This document shows positions 11,060 to 21,056 of a DNA stretch of 64,000 nt, in pieces. A program made the translations under genes and the position numbers. How positions within the stretch are numbered: the first letter of the stretch is position 1; each line of letters starts with the position of its first letter. The notes under the pieces are model-generated. The model was not told where the DNA came from. It did not search any database and was given only the letters and a program-made list of their open reading frames with translations. Source of the DNA: Candidatus Entotheonellaceae bacterium (lineage in GTDB: Bacteria > Tectomicrobia > Entotheonellia > Entotheonellales > Entotheonellaceae); contig OZ250173.1 in NCBI GenBank assembly GCA_965238075.1, positions 2,144,001 through 2,208,000 of the forward strand, in the 5' to 3' direction.

Positions 11060-11129
11060 GGCCCCCGTCCTTAGTCAGCCCCTACGACGTCGGGTGCAAT
11101 TTTCCTGAGCCCCCATCCGATCGCTTCCA

Positions 11130-11282
11130 ACGTAGCGCCTCGGTTTGAATTTTTCCCTCACCCCGCCCTTTCCCTCCGGGGATGAGCAGCAATTCCCCAC
11201 CACGGGTGAGGGCCAGCCATCGCCGTCCGGCTTGACCGGAGGGAAGGGGGTACGAGCCGTTTGTTTCAACCTGAGGGACGAC
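11130..11282. mobile_element. Degenerate MITE related to 3129-3328
   Basis: Ends CGTAGCGCCTCGGTTTGAA / TTCAACCTGAGGGACGAC resemble the TIRs at 3129, followed by the same TTTT.CCCTCACCCC start. TCGCTTCCA is repeated at 11121-11129 and 11283-11291. Confidence 0.6.
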
Positions 11283-11410
11283 TCGCTTCCAGCCCGAGTT
11301 GCCAACCGCAAATGGCTCGGCGGCGAGGCGCGTCAGAACTACCGTCATGTCCGAATTCGTGCCGGGCGGGCGAGACGCCGCCGCGCCCCCAGGGTCATGC
11401 AAAGCCGCCG

Positions 11411-12424
11411 CTACGCATCGGTGAGGCGGACGAGCATTTTGCCCATGTTGTCGCCGGTAAACAGGCCAATGAACGCCTTGGGGGTATTTTCCAGGCCATC
11501 GACGATGGTTTCTTCCCACTTGAGCTTGCCGGCTTGAATCCAGGCGGTCATGTCGGCGTGGAACTGGGGTTGGCGGTCGGCGTGGTCGGAGACAATGAAG
11601 CCTTGCAGGGTGAGGCGCTTGCGCACGGCGTGGGTCAGGTTGCTGGGACCAGGGGCGGCTTGGTTGTATTGCGAGATCATGCCGCATAGGGCGAGGCGGC
11701 CGAAGGGGTTCATGTGTTCCAGCGCCGCTTCCAGGTGGGCGCCGCCGACGTTTTCAAAGTACACGTCGATGCCGTCCGGGCACAGGCGGCCGAGTTCTTC
11801 AATCAGGGAGGCCGCTTCTTTGTAGTTCAAGGCTCCGTCGACGCCGGCGACGTCCCGCAGCCACTGCACCTTGGCTGCCGAGCCGGCGCTGCCCACCACG
11901 CGGCAGCCTTTGATCTTGGCAATCTGGCAGACCACCATGCCGACGGCACCGGCAGCGCCCGATACGAACACCGTTTCGCCTTCTTGCGGTTTGCCGATGT
12001 CGAGCAGCCCGACGTAGGCCGTCAAACCCGGCATTCCCATGGTGCCGAGGTAGGCTTGCGGCGGCACGCCCTGGGGCTCGATCCTGGTCAGATCCCCACC
12101 GTCGGAAACGTAGCACTCGCGCCAGCCGGAGCGGCTGGAGACGTAGTCACCCTCCTGGAAATCTTTGTTCCCCCGCGACGCAATGACCTGCCCGACACAG
12201 CCGCCCTCAAGCACCTGGCCGATCTGAAACGGCGGCACGTAGCTAGGGCGGTCGTACATACGGCCGCGCATGTAGGGATCGACGGACAGGAAGTGGTTAC
12301 GCACCAGTACCTCGCCCGCTGCCGGCTCGGGAAGCGACACTTCGACCAAAGCGAAGTCGTCCTCGGTCGGCAGGCCGACGGGGCGGCGTTTGAGATGGAT
12401 TTCGTGGCTCCGGGTGGCGGTCAT
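11411..12424 (-). CDS. NADP-dependent oxidoreductase (MDR, CurA/prostaglandin reductase-like)
   Basis: LSVDPYMRGRM, GMPGLTAY, VSGAAGAVG, YFENVGG, CGMISQYN, GDNMGKMLV; start MTATRS after GGAG. Confidence 0.92.
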   Translation of the reverse strand: MTATRSHEIHLKRRPVGLPTEDDFALVEVSLPEPAAGEVLVRNHFLSVDPYMRGRMYDRPSYVPPFQIGQVLEGGCVGQVIASRGNKDFQEGDYVSSRSGWRECYVSDGGDLTRIEPQGVPPQAYLGTMGMPGLTAYVGLLDIGKPQEGETVFVSGAAGAVGMVVCQIAKIKGCRVVGSAGSAAKVQWLRDVAGVDGALNYKEAASLIEELGRLCPDGIDVYFENVGGAHLEAALEHMNPFGRLALCGMISQYNQAAPGPSNLTHAVRKRLTLQGFIVSDHADRQPQFHADMTAWIQAGKLKWEETIVDGLENTPKAFIGLFTGDNMGKMLVRLTDA

Positions 12425-12566
12425 GGTCACTCCTTGCAAAGCGTTCGGTTGCGGAATCGTATAGGCTGAACAGCTCGGCGCCCTTGGAAAGGGGCGGCAT
12501 TCTACGTCACGTATGTGCCGGCTCACAAGGGCCTTAACCGGCGCCTTTGCAGGCCGATTTTAGGAT

Positions 12567-12595
12567 TTGCAGCAGAAAATCTAACACGCTATAGT
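12567..12595 (+). promoter_or_regulatory. Candidate sigma70 promoter for the respiratory supercluster
   Basis: TTGCAG-17 bp-TATAGT in the AT-richer divergent intergenic region. Confidence 0.45.
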
Positions 12596-12870
12596 ATGCG
12601 CCGAAATATGCACCGAAAAAAACGCGCTCTGCTCCGACACCCCCCTTGTACGTTGTCGGTGGCTGTCCGATGACCTGCCGGGCCACGATGCTCAGGCGCA
12701 CAATTTCTCACTTGCGCCAGGTAACGCCCGCGAGCCGTGGCCTATGACGTAGGTATCAATCAAATTGATGGCATTCTTCACCAGTTTCACACCAGGCGGT
12801 GCAATTCAAGGTCAGGACTCGCCGGCGGCCCGCAACCCACAGGGTTCTGTCGGTATGGAGAGCTAAGGCT

Positions 12871-15096
12871 ATGCGAGGTTACCGAGTCAACGACGCGCAA
12901 GGGCGGGCGGCAACGTGCCGGTCTCTGGCTCTGGCGTTCCTGGTTGGCCTGCTGCTGCTCGGCGTCGGCGCCGAAATCGTGCAGGCCGTGGAGGTGCCGC
13001 TGCCGACCAAGGAAGACATGGTGTACGGCGACTTCCCGGTCGTTGGCCGACGCGTCGCGATATGGGTCATCGCGCAATTACACCTGATGTTCGGCGCCTT
13101 CGTGGTCGGCGTGCCGTTGTTTATTCTGATTATCGAAATCCTGGGCGCCGCAACGAAGAACCAACAGTACGACGACTTGGCGCACGAATTCACCCGCCTC
13201 CTCAGTGTTGCCTTTTCCACCACCGCCATTTTCGGCGGTATCTTGGTGTTTTTCCTGATCGGTCTCTATCCCACCTTCACGAATTTCCTGGTCAGTATTT
13301 TCTTCCCCTCCATGGTGGTCTATGTCTTCCTGTTCTTCGGCGAAAGCTTCAGCATGTATCTCTACTACTTCGGCTGGGACGTCCTGAAAGGCACGTCGCG
13401 CAGCGTCGGGACGGTGATCGGCACGACGGCCCTGAGCGTGCTGGTGCTATACCCGGGGCTCCTGTTGCTGCTGGCGCTGCCGTCCCTGTTCATGGTTGGC
13501 GGCTGGGCGGTGAGTTTCCCGGTGTCGTACGGACTGGCCGGGGTCCTGTTCATCGCGCTGTTGGCGCACGGGTTGCGGCCAGGCAAGAGCAGTTTTGTTC
13601 AGAGCCGCAAATGGATGCATATCTGCTTCGGTATTCTGCTGAACTACTTCGGTCTGACCCTGATGATGATCGCTAACTCGTGGGCGACGTTCATGACGTC
13701 GCCGTCGGGGATCAATCTGGACGCCGGGGTGTTCCAGGGCACGACCTGGGACGCGATGCGCAACTTCACGTGGATGCCGGTCAACCTGCACCGGTTCATC
13801 GCCAATATCGCCTTTGGCGGCTCGATCGTGGCGGCGTATGCGGCGTTTCGCTTCCTGTCGTCGGCGCGCAATTCCCCCGAGCGGGCGCACTACGACTGGA
13901 TGGGGTACATCGGCAATTTCATCGCTCTGATCGGGCTGATCCCGCTGCCCTTCGCGGGCTACTGGCTGGGCCGGGAAATCTATGGCTACGATCAGCAGCT
14001 CGGCATCACCATGATGGGCGGCATCTTCTCCTGGCTGTTCATCCTGCAGGCGGTGCTGATCGGCGCTCTGTTTCTGGGCGCCAACTACTACCTGTGGCTG
14101 GGCATGGAGCGCATTCCGGGGTCGGAGCGCTACCGCAAGTTTACGCCTGTCATGCTCGGCGTGCTGACGGTTTGCTTCCTCGTGTGGCTGACGCCGCACA
14201 GCCTCGTGGCCAGCCTGGAAGAGGCCCGCAGGATGGGTGGGGCACACCACCCGATGCTCGGCGTCTTCGGGGTCATGTCGGCCAAGAACACCGTCGTCAA
14301 TCTGATGATTCTGACCACTTTCCTGAGTTTCCTGCTCTACCGCCGCGGCAACAAGGGTGAACGGCTTCCCTTTGCCCAGCAAAGCGGTGCGTCGAAAGTC
14401 GCGCTGATGATCGTGGCGGCCTTGGGGATTGTCCTCATGTGGCAACTCAGCGCGCCGCTTGCCGACCCGGCGCTGATGACCGGGCGCCTGCTGCTGTGGG
14501 GCTTCGAGACCCTGGCCGTGGTCGCTGCGGTGGCCCTCACCCTGAACGACCGCGGCACCCTGGGGCAGGGGCTGCTCTTTGCCATGTCGGCGCTGGTGGT
14601 GGTGTTTTACGGAATCTACGGCTACTACGTTGAAGCTATTGTGCGCATCGGTTTTTCCATCCTGCAGGTGTCATCGGTGCTGCTCGTGCTGCTGGTGGCG
14701 ACGACCATCGACATCGTGATCTTCCGCCGTGCGCCGCTCGTCGGCGAAATCAATTGGGGCCGGATTCCGGAGCGGTCGCAGTACGTCCTGTTCCTGCTTG
14801 CCACCTCGTTCACGTGGCTGATGGGCTTGATGGGCTACGCGCGTTCGGGCCTGCGCACGCACTGGCATATCTTCAACGTTATGCGGGATTACTCGTCGGA
14901 TGCCTTTACCCCGACGTTGGGTTATGCCTGCGGGGTGATTTCGATCATCGTGCTGGTGTTTATGCTCCTGGTGAGTTTCATTTTCTGGTTGGCCCATATG
15001 GGCTCGTTGGGGCATGCGCAGGAGGAAGCGGTGCTGCATGGAGCCCCGTCCCCGGTGTTGCAACCCGGCGGGGCAGCCGGCGGAGGCGCAGACTAG
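12871..15096 (+). CDS. Cytochrome bd subunit I (CydA)-like protein, Nitrospira-type bd-like / OR-N-like; no CydB adjacent
   Basis: AQLHLMF (H19-like), FFGESF (E107-like), IANSWATFMTSP, NLHRF (H186-like), GYARSGLRTHW in place of E.GRQPW; many TM helices. Start uncertain (12799 or 12871). Confidence 0.8.
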   Translation: MRGYRVNDAQGRAATCRSLALAFLVGLLLLGVGAEIVQAVEVPLPTKEDMVYGDFPVVGRRVAIWVIAQLHLMFGAFVVGVPLFILIIEILGAATKNQQYDDLAHEFTRLLSVAFSTTAIFGGILVFFLIGLYPTFTNFLVSIFFPSMVVYVFLFFGESFSMYLYYFGWDVLKGTSRSVGTVIGTTALSVLVLYPGLLLLLALPSLFMVGGWAVSFPVSYGLAGVLFIALLAHGLRPGKSSFVQSRKWMHICFGILLNYFGLTLMMIANSWATFMTSPSGINLDAGVFQGTTWDAMRNFTWMPVNLHRFIANIAFGGSIVAAYAAFRFLSSARNSPERAHYDWMGYIGNFIALIGLIPLPFAGYWLGREIYGYDQQLGITMMGGIFSWLFILQAVLIGALFLGANYYLWLGMERIPGSERYRKFTPVMLGVLTVCFLVWLTPHSLVASLEEARRMGGAHHPMLGVFGVMSAKNTVVNLMILTTFLSFLLYRRGNKGERLPFAQQSGASKVALMIVAALGIVLMWQLSAPLADPALMTGRLLLWGFETLAVVAAVALTLNDRGTLGQGLLFAMSALVVVFYGIYGYYVEAIVRIGFSILQVSSVLLVLLVATTIDIVIFRRAPLVGEINWGRIPERSQYVLFLLATSFTWLMGLMGYARSGLRTHWHIFNVMRDYSSDAFTPTLGYACGVISIIVLVFMLLVSFIFWLAHMGSLGHAQEEAVLHGAPSPVLQPGGAAGGGAD

Positions 15097-15108
15097 GAAA
15101 GCGGCGAC

Positions 15109-15945
15109 ATGTTGACATTTCTGAAAGTTATGGCGTTTAACGGTTTGGTAGTTCTGTTCTTCTGGTACGTCGGCAACAGTATTCCGCAGCAGCGGAAAGA
15201 CCCGCCCAAGGAGTCCACCCTGACGGCGGACATGGCGCCCGAGGTGTTCGTCGCGGCCGGGCAGGATATCTTTTACGGCAAGGGCACCTGCGCACTGTGT
15301 CACACGATTGGCGAGAAAGGCGAGCGCTGTCCGAATCTTGCCGGTATCGGCCAGCGGGCCGGCGCGCGGGTGGAAGAAGCCAGTTACCAGGGGGATGCGA
15401 GCAATGGCGCCGAGTACGTGGTGGAGTCGTTGCACAACCCGGCGGTGTACGTGGTGGACGGCTATCAGCCCACCATGCCCGCTATGGGGCGCCAGTTGAA
15501 CGATCTCGAAATAGTCGCCGTGGTTGCCTTTATGCAGTCGCTGGGTGGCGAAGTGACCGTAACGGGCGAGACGCTTTTTCCCAAGTACCGCGCCGACAGC
15601 GGTGCGGCGGTGGCCGCGGCGCCGGCCGCCGGGGCGGCCCCTGCAATGGTTGCGGCGTCGGGCGGCACGGGCTCGGAGTTGGTGGCGCAGTGGGGATGTA
15701 TCAGTTGCCACAGCCTGGACGCGCCGGTTCGCCTGGTCGGGCCCAGCCTGTGGGACATCGGGGCGCGCCAGGACGAGCACTTCATTCGTGAGTCCATTCT
15801 CAAGCCGGACGCCGTGGTGGCGGAGGGCTTCCCGCCGAGTTTGATGAAACTGACGTTGGATGGCCAGGGCTTTTACCAGAAGCTCGCCGTGCAGGACCTC
15901 AATACGCTGGTGGATTATTTGGCATCCCTCAAGGGCGGCCAGTAG
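15109..15945 (+). CDS. Membrane-anchored diheme cytochrome c
   Basis: N-terminal hydrophobic helix; CALCH and CISCH heme motifs separated by an Ala/Pro linker. Confidence 0.9.
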   Translation: MLTFLKVMAFNGLVVLFFWYVGNSIPQQRKDPPKESTLTADMAPEVFVAAGQDIFYGKGTCALCHTIGEKGERCPNLAGIGQRAGARVEEASYQGDASNGAEYVVESLHNPAVYVVDGYQPTMPAMGRQLNDLEIVAVVAFMQSLGGEVTVTGETLFPKYRADSGAAVAAAPAAGAAPAMVAASGGTGSELVAQWGCISCHSLDAPVRLVGPSLWDIGARQDEHFIRESILKPDAVVAEGFPPSLMKLTLDGQGFYQKLAVQDLNTLVDYLASLKGGQ

Positions 15946-15981
15946 GGCCGGGAATGGGTTCGACCCGGAATTGGAGCAACC

Positions 15982-16770
15982 ATGAGACGTGGATTGTCTA
16001 TTCACCTTAAATCGCTGCTCGTCCTCCTTGTGGCGCTGTTTGTCTTCAGCGTTGTGGTGCCCTTCGTTTCCGCACCGATCCCGGGACAACTTTATGGCTG
16101 GTACGTCATCACAACGCTGTTCGTGATCTTCCTCTACGTCTCCTCCAGCGAGGCGTCGCTGGAAGAATTCATGTTGCCGGTGCGCCAGCTCCTGTTGGCG
16201 CGTACGGCGTTGATGAAGCCGTTGCGCATCGTCGTGTTCATCGTCGTGCCGCTCGTCTGCGGCTGGTATTTCTCCACCTGGGCAGCGGGCGGCTCGGCGT
16301 CGCCGGGCGGTCAGCGGGTCATTCACCCGACGCCGCCTACGGCGGTCAATTTCCAGGGCAAACGCCTGGTGCTGCAGGATATTTCGATCAGCCCTGTTCG
16401 TGAGGATGCGGCGCATCTCGCCGAGCACATCGAGAAGGGCCGTATCGTGTATTACGAAAATTGCTTCTTCTGCCATGGCGACGCGCTGCAGGGCAAGGGG
16501 CATTTCGCCGAGGGATTCAATCCGTCTCCGGCGAATTTTCAGGACACTGGGACGATTGCACAGTTGTCGGAATCCTACCTGTTCTGGCGCATTGCCAAGG
16601 GCGGGCCGGGATTGCCGGGTGAATCGGCGCCGTGGGATTCAGCGATGCCGGTCTGGGAGGACTTCCTCACGGAAGAAGAAATCTGGCAGGTCATTGCTTA
16701 CCTGTATGACGCCACAGGACACGCACCGCGGGTCATGGACCACGGCGGCGGTGAAGGTGGCGGACACTAG
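15982..16770 (+). CDS. Membrane-bound monoheme cytochrome c (about 3 N-terminal TM helices)
   Basis: CFFCHG motif and distal Met in SAMPVW. Confidence 0.88.
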   Translation: MRRGLSIHLKSLLVLLVALFVFSVVVPFVSAPIPGQLYGWYVITTLFVIFLYVSSSEASLEEFMLPVRQLLLARTALMKPLRIVVFIVVPLVCGWYFSTWAAGGSASPGGQRVIHPTPPTAVNFQGKRLVLQDISISPVREDAAHLAEHIEKGRIVYYENCFFCHGDALQGKGHFAEGFNPSPANFQDTGTIAQLSESYLFWRIAKGGPGLPGESAPWDSAMPVWEDFLTEEEIWQVIAYLYDATGHAPRVMDHGGGEGGGH

Positions 16771-16785
16771 GTGCGAGGAGTGACG

Positions 16786-18405
16786 GTGAGCGAGCAACGG
16801 AAAACACGGGGTCGAAGCATAAGCGCGCTGGCATGCTGTATGGGGCTGTGCCTGTTGGCCGGCGTGGCGCTGCTGAACGCCCCCATGGTAAACGCCCAGC
16901 CCACGCAGGCGGACCTCGAAGCCGGTGAGCAGCTATACCTCCAGCGCTGCGCCCATTGTCACGGCACGGAAGGCGACGGCGTTGGCGCTTCGGCGGATGT
17001 CGTCTATCCCAAGCCGCGCGATTTCACCTCCGGCGTTTACAAGTTCCGTACCCACCATGAAACCGAAGACGGCAATCCGCTGGCCGCCGACGCCGACATC
17101 GCCCGCAGCATTCGAGAGGGGCTGCACGGCTCGTCGATGCCGGGATGGGAAGCGATTCTGAGCGGTCGGCAGATCGACCAGTTGGTGCACTACATCAAGA
17201 CGTTCGCCGAGGTGTTCGAGGAAGACGTGCCGGGGCCGGCACTCAGCTTTGCCAACGAGATTGCCTCGTCGCCGGAGAGCATTGCCAGGGGCAAGGAGAT
17301 TTTCGAGACCGTTTTCGAATGCCATACCTGCCACGGAACGGACGGCCGCGGCAACGGTCAGCAGGCCCTCGATGGCCTGGAAGATGATTGGGGTTATCGT
17401 ATCTGGCCGGCCAATCTGGCCAAGCCCTGGACGTACCGCGGCGGCAGCGGGCGGCGTGACATCTTCCGCAACATCGCCCTGGGCATTTTGGGCACGCCCA
17501 TGCCGGCCTTTGCCGACCCGGATCCGCTGGTCGAGGCCCGCGAGACGGATGACCCGGAAGAGAAACAAGAGATCGAAGCGCTGGCGCGGGAGTTGCGGGA
17601 GGACATCTGGCACACTGTGAACTACGTCCAATCCTTGTGGACCTACCCGCAGCAGCCCGAGGTCAAGGCGACGTTGACCGCCAAGCGGGTTGACGGCGCT
17701 CTGCCCATGAGTCCCGATGACGCGGCGTGGCAGGAGGCCCCGGTCAACTACTATCCGTTGGTTGGCCAGGTGATCCAGGAGCCGCGGCTGTTTGCCCCCA
17801 TGACCGTAGGCGTGGAACTCCAGGCCCTGCACAACGGCGAGGAAATTGCTTTTCGGCTGGTGTGGGACGACCGCACCGACAGCAAACCGGGAGAGAGCGA
17901 CGAGATGGAAACCTACGTGGATGCCATCGCCCTGCAGTTCTCTTCCAAGCCGCTGTCCGGTATGGAGAAGCCGTATTTCCTCATGGGCGGCGCGTCCTAT
18001 CCGACCGACCTGTGGTATTGGCGAAACGACCCCGGCGATGCGGTGCTGATTCAAACGCAGGGCGCCAGGTCATTTCAGGTCGGCGATAATGCCGGCGGGC
18101 TGGTCAGCCAGGGACAGTTGGACAACGGGCAATACCGCTTGGTGATCCAGCGGGCTTTGCAGACGGAGCAGACTGACACGGAAGTTCAGTTTCCAATCGG
18201 CGCCTTCATCCCGTTCAGCGTGACGGGGTGGGACGGCTCGAACGGCGAGTTCGGCGGCTACAAGCGGACGGTGATGGCCTGGTACAACCTGTACCTGGAG
18301 CCGGAGTCTTCGAAGGCGCCGCTCTATCTTTTGTTGGTCGGCATTGGCTTTGGATTGATCGTGGAATTCTCGGCGCTGTTTGTGACGCGAAAAAATCATG
18401 GCTGA
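16786..18405 (+). CDS. Diheme cytochrome c fused to an ethylbenzene-dehydrogenase-gamma (EB_dh/DOMON heme b)-like domain with C-terminal TM anchor
   Basis: Signal peptide; CAHCH and CHTCH; LHNGEEIAFRLVWDDRT, DAIALQF, PYFLMG, WYWR, GWDGSNGE; C-terminal hydrophobic helix. GAGGAG precedes GTG at 16786. Confidence 0.82.
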   Translation: MSEQRKTRGRSISALACCMGLCLLAGVALLNAPMVNAQPTQADLEAGEQLYLQRCAHCHGTEGDGVGASADVVYPKPRDFTSGVYKFRTHHETEDGNPLAADADIARSIREGLHGSSMPGWEAILSGRQIDQLVHYIKTFAEVFEEDVPGPALSFANEIASSPESIARGKEIFETVFECHTCHGTDGRGNGQQALDGLEDDWGYRIWPANLAKPWTYRGGSGRRDIFRNIALGILGTPMPAFADPDPLVEARETDDPEEKQEIEALARELREDIWHTVNYVQSLWTYPQQPEVKATLTAKRVDGALPMSPDDAAWQEAPVNYYPLVGQVIQEPRLFAPMTVGVELQALHNGEEIAFRLVWDDRTDSKPGESDEMETYVDAIALQFSSKPLSGMEKPYFLMGGASYPTDLWYWRNDPGDAVLIQTQGARSFQVGDNAGGLVSQGQLDNGQYRLVIQRALQTEQTDTEVQFPIGAFIPFSVTGWDGSNGEFGGYKRTVMAWYNLYLEPESSKAPLYLLLVGIGFGLIVEFSALFVTRKNHG

Positions 18406-18431
18406 CCCTGTAAGACCCCGGAGGGAAATGA

Positions 18432-19241
18432 ATGCTTGAGCAGATTATCGAACTTATGAACCGGCTGAACGTCAACATGTTGCGTTGGCTGCCGGAGGCC
18501 GCCTCAACGTACGCGCTGGCAATCGACGAGGTCTTCTACATCATCTATATCATTACCGGGTTGGCGTTCCTGCTGGTGACGGTGGTGATGTTCTGGTTTC
18601 TCATCCAGTTCAAAGCCAGACCCGGACGCAGGGCGCGCTATTCGCACGGCTACGTGGTCCTGGAGCTGATCTGGACAATTGTCCCAACCATCGTGTTCCT
18701 GGGCATTTTCTTCTACAGTCAGTCCACCTGGTCCATCATCAAGTACCCCTCCACGTTTCCCGAAAGCAGCGTCCAGGTACGGGTCGTGGCCAAGCAGTTC
18801 GCCTGGGAGTTTCATTACCCCGGCCCGGACGGCGAATTCGACACCGAGGATGACAAGATGTTCGACGGCGACATGGTCGTGCCGGTGAACCAGGTCGTGG
18901 GCCTGACGCTGCGCGGCTCGGATGTGATTCACAGCTTTTTCGTGCCGGAGTTTCGCCTGAAGCAGGACATACTGCCGAGCCGGGACATCCCGGCGTGGTT
19001 TAATGCCACCAGGACCGGGCGATTTGAAACGCCCTGCGCCGAGTTGTGCGGTCCGGGGCATTCCGGCATGAAGGGGTGGGTGAACGTTTACAGTGATGCC
19101 GAGTATCAGGCCTGGGTTGCCGAGCAGTGGCCGGCGCCTGTGGATACCGGCGCAGGGGAAATGGGCCAAGAGGACATGCCGCAGGGCGACGTGGACCCAA
19201 TGGACCAAGAGGACAGTGGCCAGGCCGATACCGCGCAATAG
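18432..19241 (+). CDS. coxB: Cytochrome c oxidase subunit II (CuA, no fused heme c)
   Basis: LELIWT, KQFAW, DVIHSF, CAELCGPGHSGM. Confidence 0.96.
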   Translation: MLEQIIELMNRLNVNMLRWLPEAASTYALAIDEVFYIIYIITGLAFLLVTVVMFWFLIQFKARPGRRARYSHGYVVLELIWTIVPTIVFLGIFFYSQSTWSIIKYPSTFPESSVQVRVVAKQFAWEFHYPGPDGEFDTEDDKMFDGDMVVPVNQVVGLTLRGSDVIHSFFVPEFRLKQDILPSRDIPAWFNATRTGRFETPCAELCGPGHSGMKGWVNVYSDAEYQAWVAEQWPAPVDTGAGEMGQEDMPQGDVDPMDQEDSGQADTAQ

Positions 19242-19271
19242 CGTTTTTCGCACTTGTTGAAGGGGAGAGTC

Positions 19272-21056
19272 ATGAGTGAATCCAGCGCCGCCACGCACGC
19301 CGGGCATCACCGAGAGGGTTTTGTAAAGCATTATTTTTTCTCGCTCGATCACAAGATGATTGGTCGTCAGTTTCTCTTCACCGGCCTGTCCATGCTGGTC
19401 ATCGGCGGCCTGCTGGCCATGATGGTTCGCTGGCAGCTCGGCTATCCGGAAGAACCGTTGCCCTTCATGGGCGGTTTTTCCGAGGACTTCTGGGACGGCG
19501 AGTCGTGGTGGGCGCAGACCGCTCCCTACGGTATTGTGACGTCCGAGTTCTACAACACGCTGTTCACCATGCACGCCACCATCATGATCTTCTTCGTGGT
19601 CATGCCGATCATGATCGGCGGTTTCGGCAATTTCCTCGTTCCCATCTGCATCGGCGCCAAAGACATGGCGTTTCCGACGCTGAACATGCTGTCATACTGG
19701 ACCTTTGTGCCCGGCGTCCTCCTGATGCTCCTGTCGTTCTTCGTGCCCGGCGGCGCGGCGGGCGGCGGCTGGACCAGTTACGCCCCTCTGGCCGCAGTGC
19801 CGGATTACGCCGGCGTCGAGGGACACTGGGGCGTCACGCTGTGGTGCATCAGTCTGTTCATCATCGGCTTCTCCTCCCTGATGGGCTCCATCAACTACAT
19901 CACCACCATCATCAACATGCGGGCGCCGGGCATGCGCCTGTTCCGCATGCCGCTGACCATCTGGTCCCTGTTCATCGTCGCCATGCTGCTGCTGCTGGCC
20001 CTGCCGGTGCTGACCTCAGCCCTGGCCATGATGGTCTTCGACCGTATGTTCGGCACCCACTTCTTCATTCCCGACGGCGGCGGCGAGCCATTGTTGTGGC
20101 AACACCTGTTCTGGTTCTTCGGCCACCCCGAGGTGTACGTCCTGGTGCTGCCGGCCATGGGCGTGACCTCCGACGTGCTGTCCACCTTCGCCCGCAAGCC
20201 GATCTTCGGCTACCGCGCCATGGTCTACTCGATGTGCGCCATCGCCTTTCTGTCGTGGGTCGTCTGGGGCCATCACATGTTCCAGAGCGGCATGGACCCG
20301 GTGCTCGGCACCGCCTTCACGCTGACCACCATGCTGATCGCGGTGCCGTCGGCGATCAAGACGTTCAACTGGCTCGGCACCCTGTGGGGCAGTTCCATCC
20401 GGTTCACCACGGCCATGTGGTTCGCCCTCGGGTTCGTATCGCTGTTCACCATCGGCGGCCTCAGCGGCATCTTCATGGCGTCGACGCCGGTGGACATTTT
20501 CATCCACGATACCTACTACATCGTGGCCCACATTCACTACGTGGTGGCGGGGATCATTTTCGGCATCTTCGCCGGGTTGTACTTCTGGTTTCCGAAAATG
20601 TTCGGACGCATGATGAGCGAAACCCTGGGCAAGCTGCACTTCGTGCTCACCTTCGTGTTTTTCAACCTCACCTTCTTCCCCATGCACTTTCTCGGTGTCG
20701 GCGGCCACATGCGGCGCATTTACAACCCGACGCAGTATGAATTTCTGCAGCCGTGGCAGGAGATGAACACCTTCATCACGATGATGGCGCTTTGCCTGGG
20801 TGCCTCACAGATTTTCTTCGCGATCAACTTCATCGGCTCCCTGATCTGGGGCCGGCGCGCCGAAGATAACCCCTGGGAGGCCAACACGCTGGAGTGGGAT
20901 ACGCCCTCGCCGCCGCCGCATGGCAATTTCCTCGAGGATCCGGTGGTTTACCGCGGCGCCTACGAATACAGCTCGCCTGAGGTCGAGGAGGATTGGTTGC
21001 CGCAGAGCGTGTATCTGGAGCCAGCGGTGGCCGGGCCGGAGGAGGGTCACGATTAG
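19272..21056 (+). CDS. coxA: Cytochrome c oxidase subunit I, family A1
   Basis: TMHAT, DMAFPTLN (D-channel), FGHPEVY, WGHHM, AVPSAIK (K-channel), AHIHY. Confidence 0.97.
   Translation: MSESSAATHAGHHREGFVKHYFFSLDHKMIGRQFLFTGLSMLVIGGLLAMMVRWQLGYPEEPLPFMGGFSEDFWDGESWWAQTAPYGIVTSEFYNTLFTMHATIMIFFVVMPIMIGGFGNFLVPICIGAKDMAFPTLNMLSYWTFVPGVLLMLLSFFVPGGAAGGGWTSYAPLAAVPDYAGVEGHWGVTLWCISLFIIGFSSLMGSINYITTIINMRAPGMRLFRMPLTIWSLFIVAMLLLLALPVLTSALAMMVFDRMFGTHFFIPDGGGEPLLWQHLFWFFGHPEVYVLVLPAMGVTSDVLSTFARKPIFGYRAMVYSMCAIAFLSWVVWGHHMFQSGMDPVLGTAFTLTTMLIAVPSAIKTFNWLGTLWGSSIRFTTAMWFALGFVSLFTIGGLSGIFMASTPVDIFIHDTYYIVAHIHYVVAGIIFGIFAGLYFWFPKMFGRMMSETLGKLHFVLTFVFFNLTFFPMHFLGVGGHMRRIYNPTQYEFLQPWQEMNTFITMMALCLGASQIFFAINFIGSLIWGRRAEDNPWEANTLEWDTPSPPPHGNFLEDPVVYRGAYEYSSPEVEEDWLPQSVYLEPAVAGPEEGHD

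Noticed and set aside
12754-12769. ATCAAT-caa-ATTGAT palindrome as an FNR box
   Set aside because: The half-sites are in the opposite order to TTGAT-N4-ATCAA; it may be another operator but this is unsupported.
12871-15096. Canonical cydA of a quinol bd oxidase
   Set aside because: No cydB, no Q-loop signature and the GRQPW motif is altered; gene symbol withheld.
14671-16503. Long antisense ORFs (this one, 27751-29631, 47308-48849, 54724-56109 and others)
   Set aside because: Shadow frames of high-GC genes; no motifs, and the opposite strand carries recognisable proteins.
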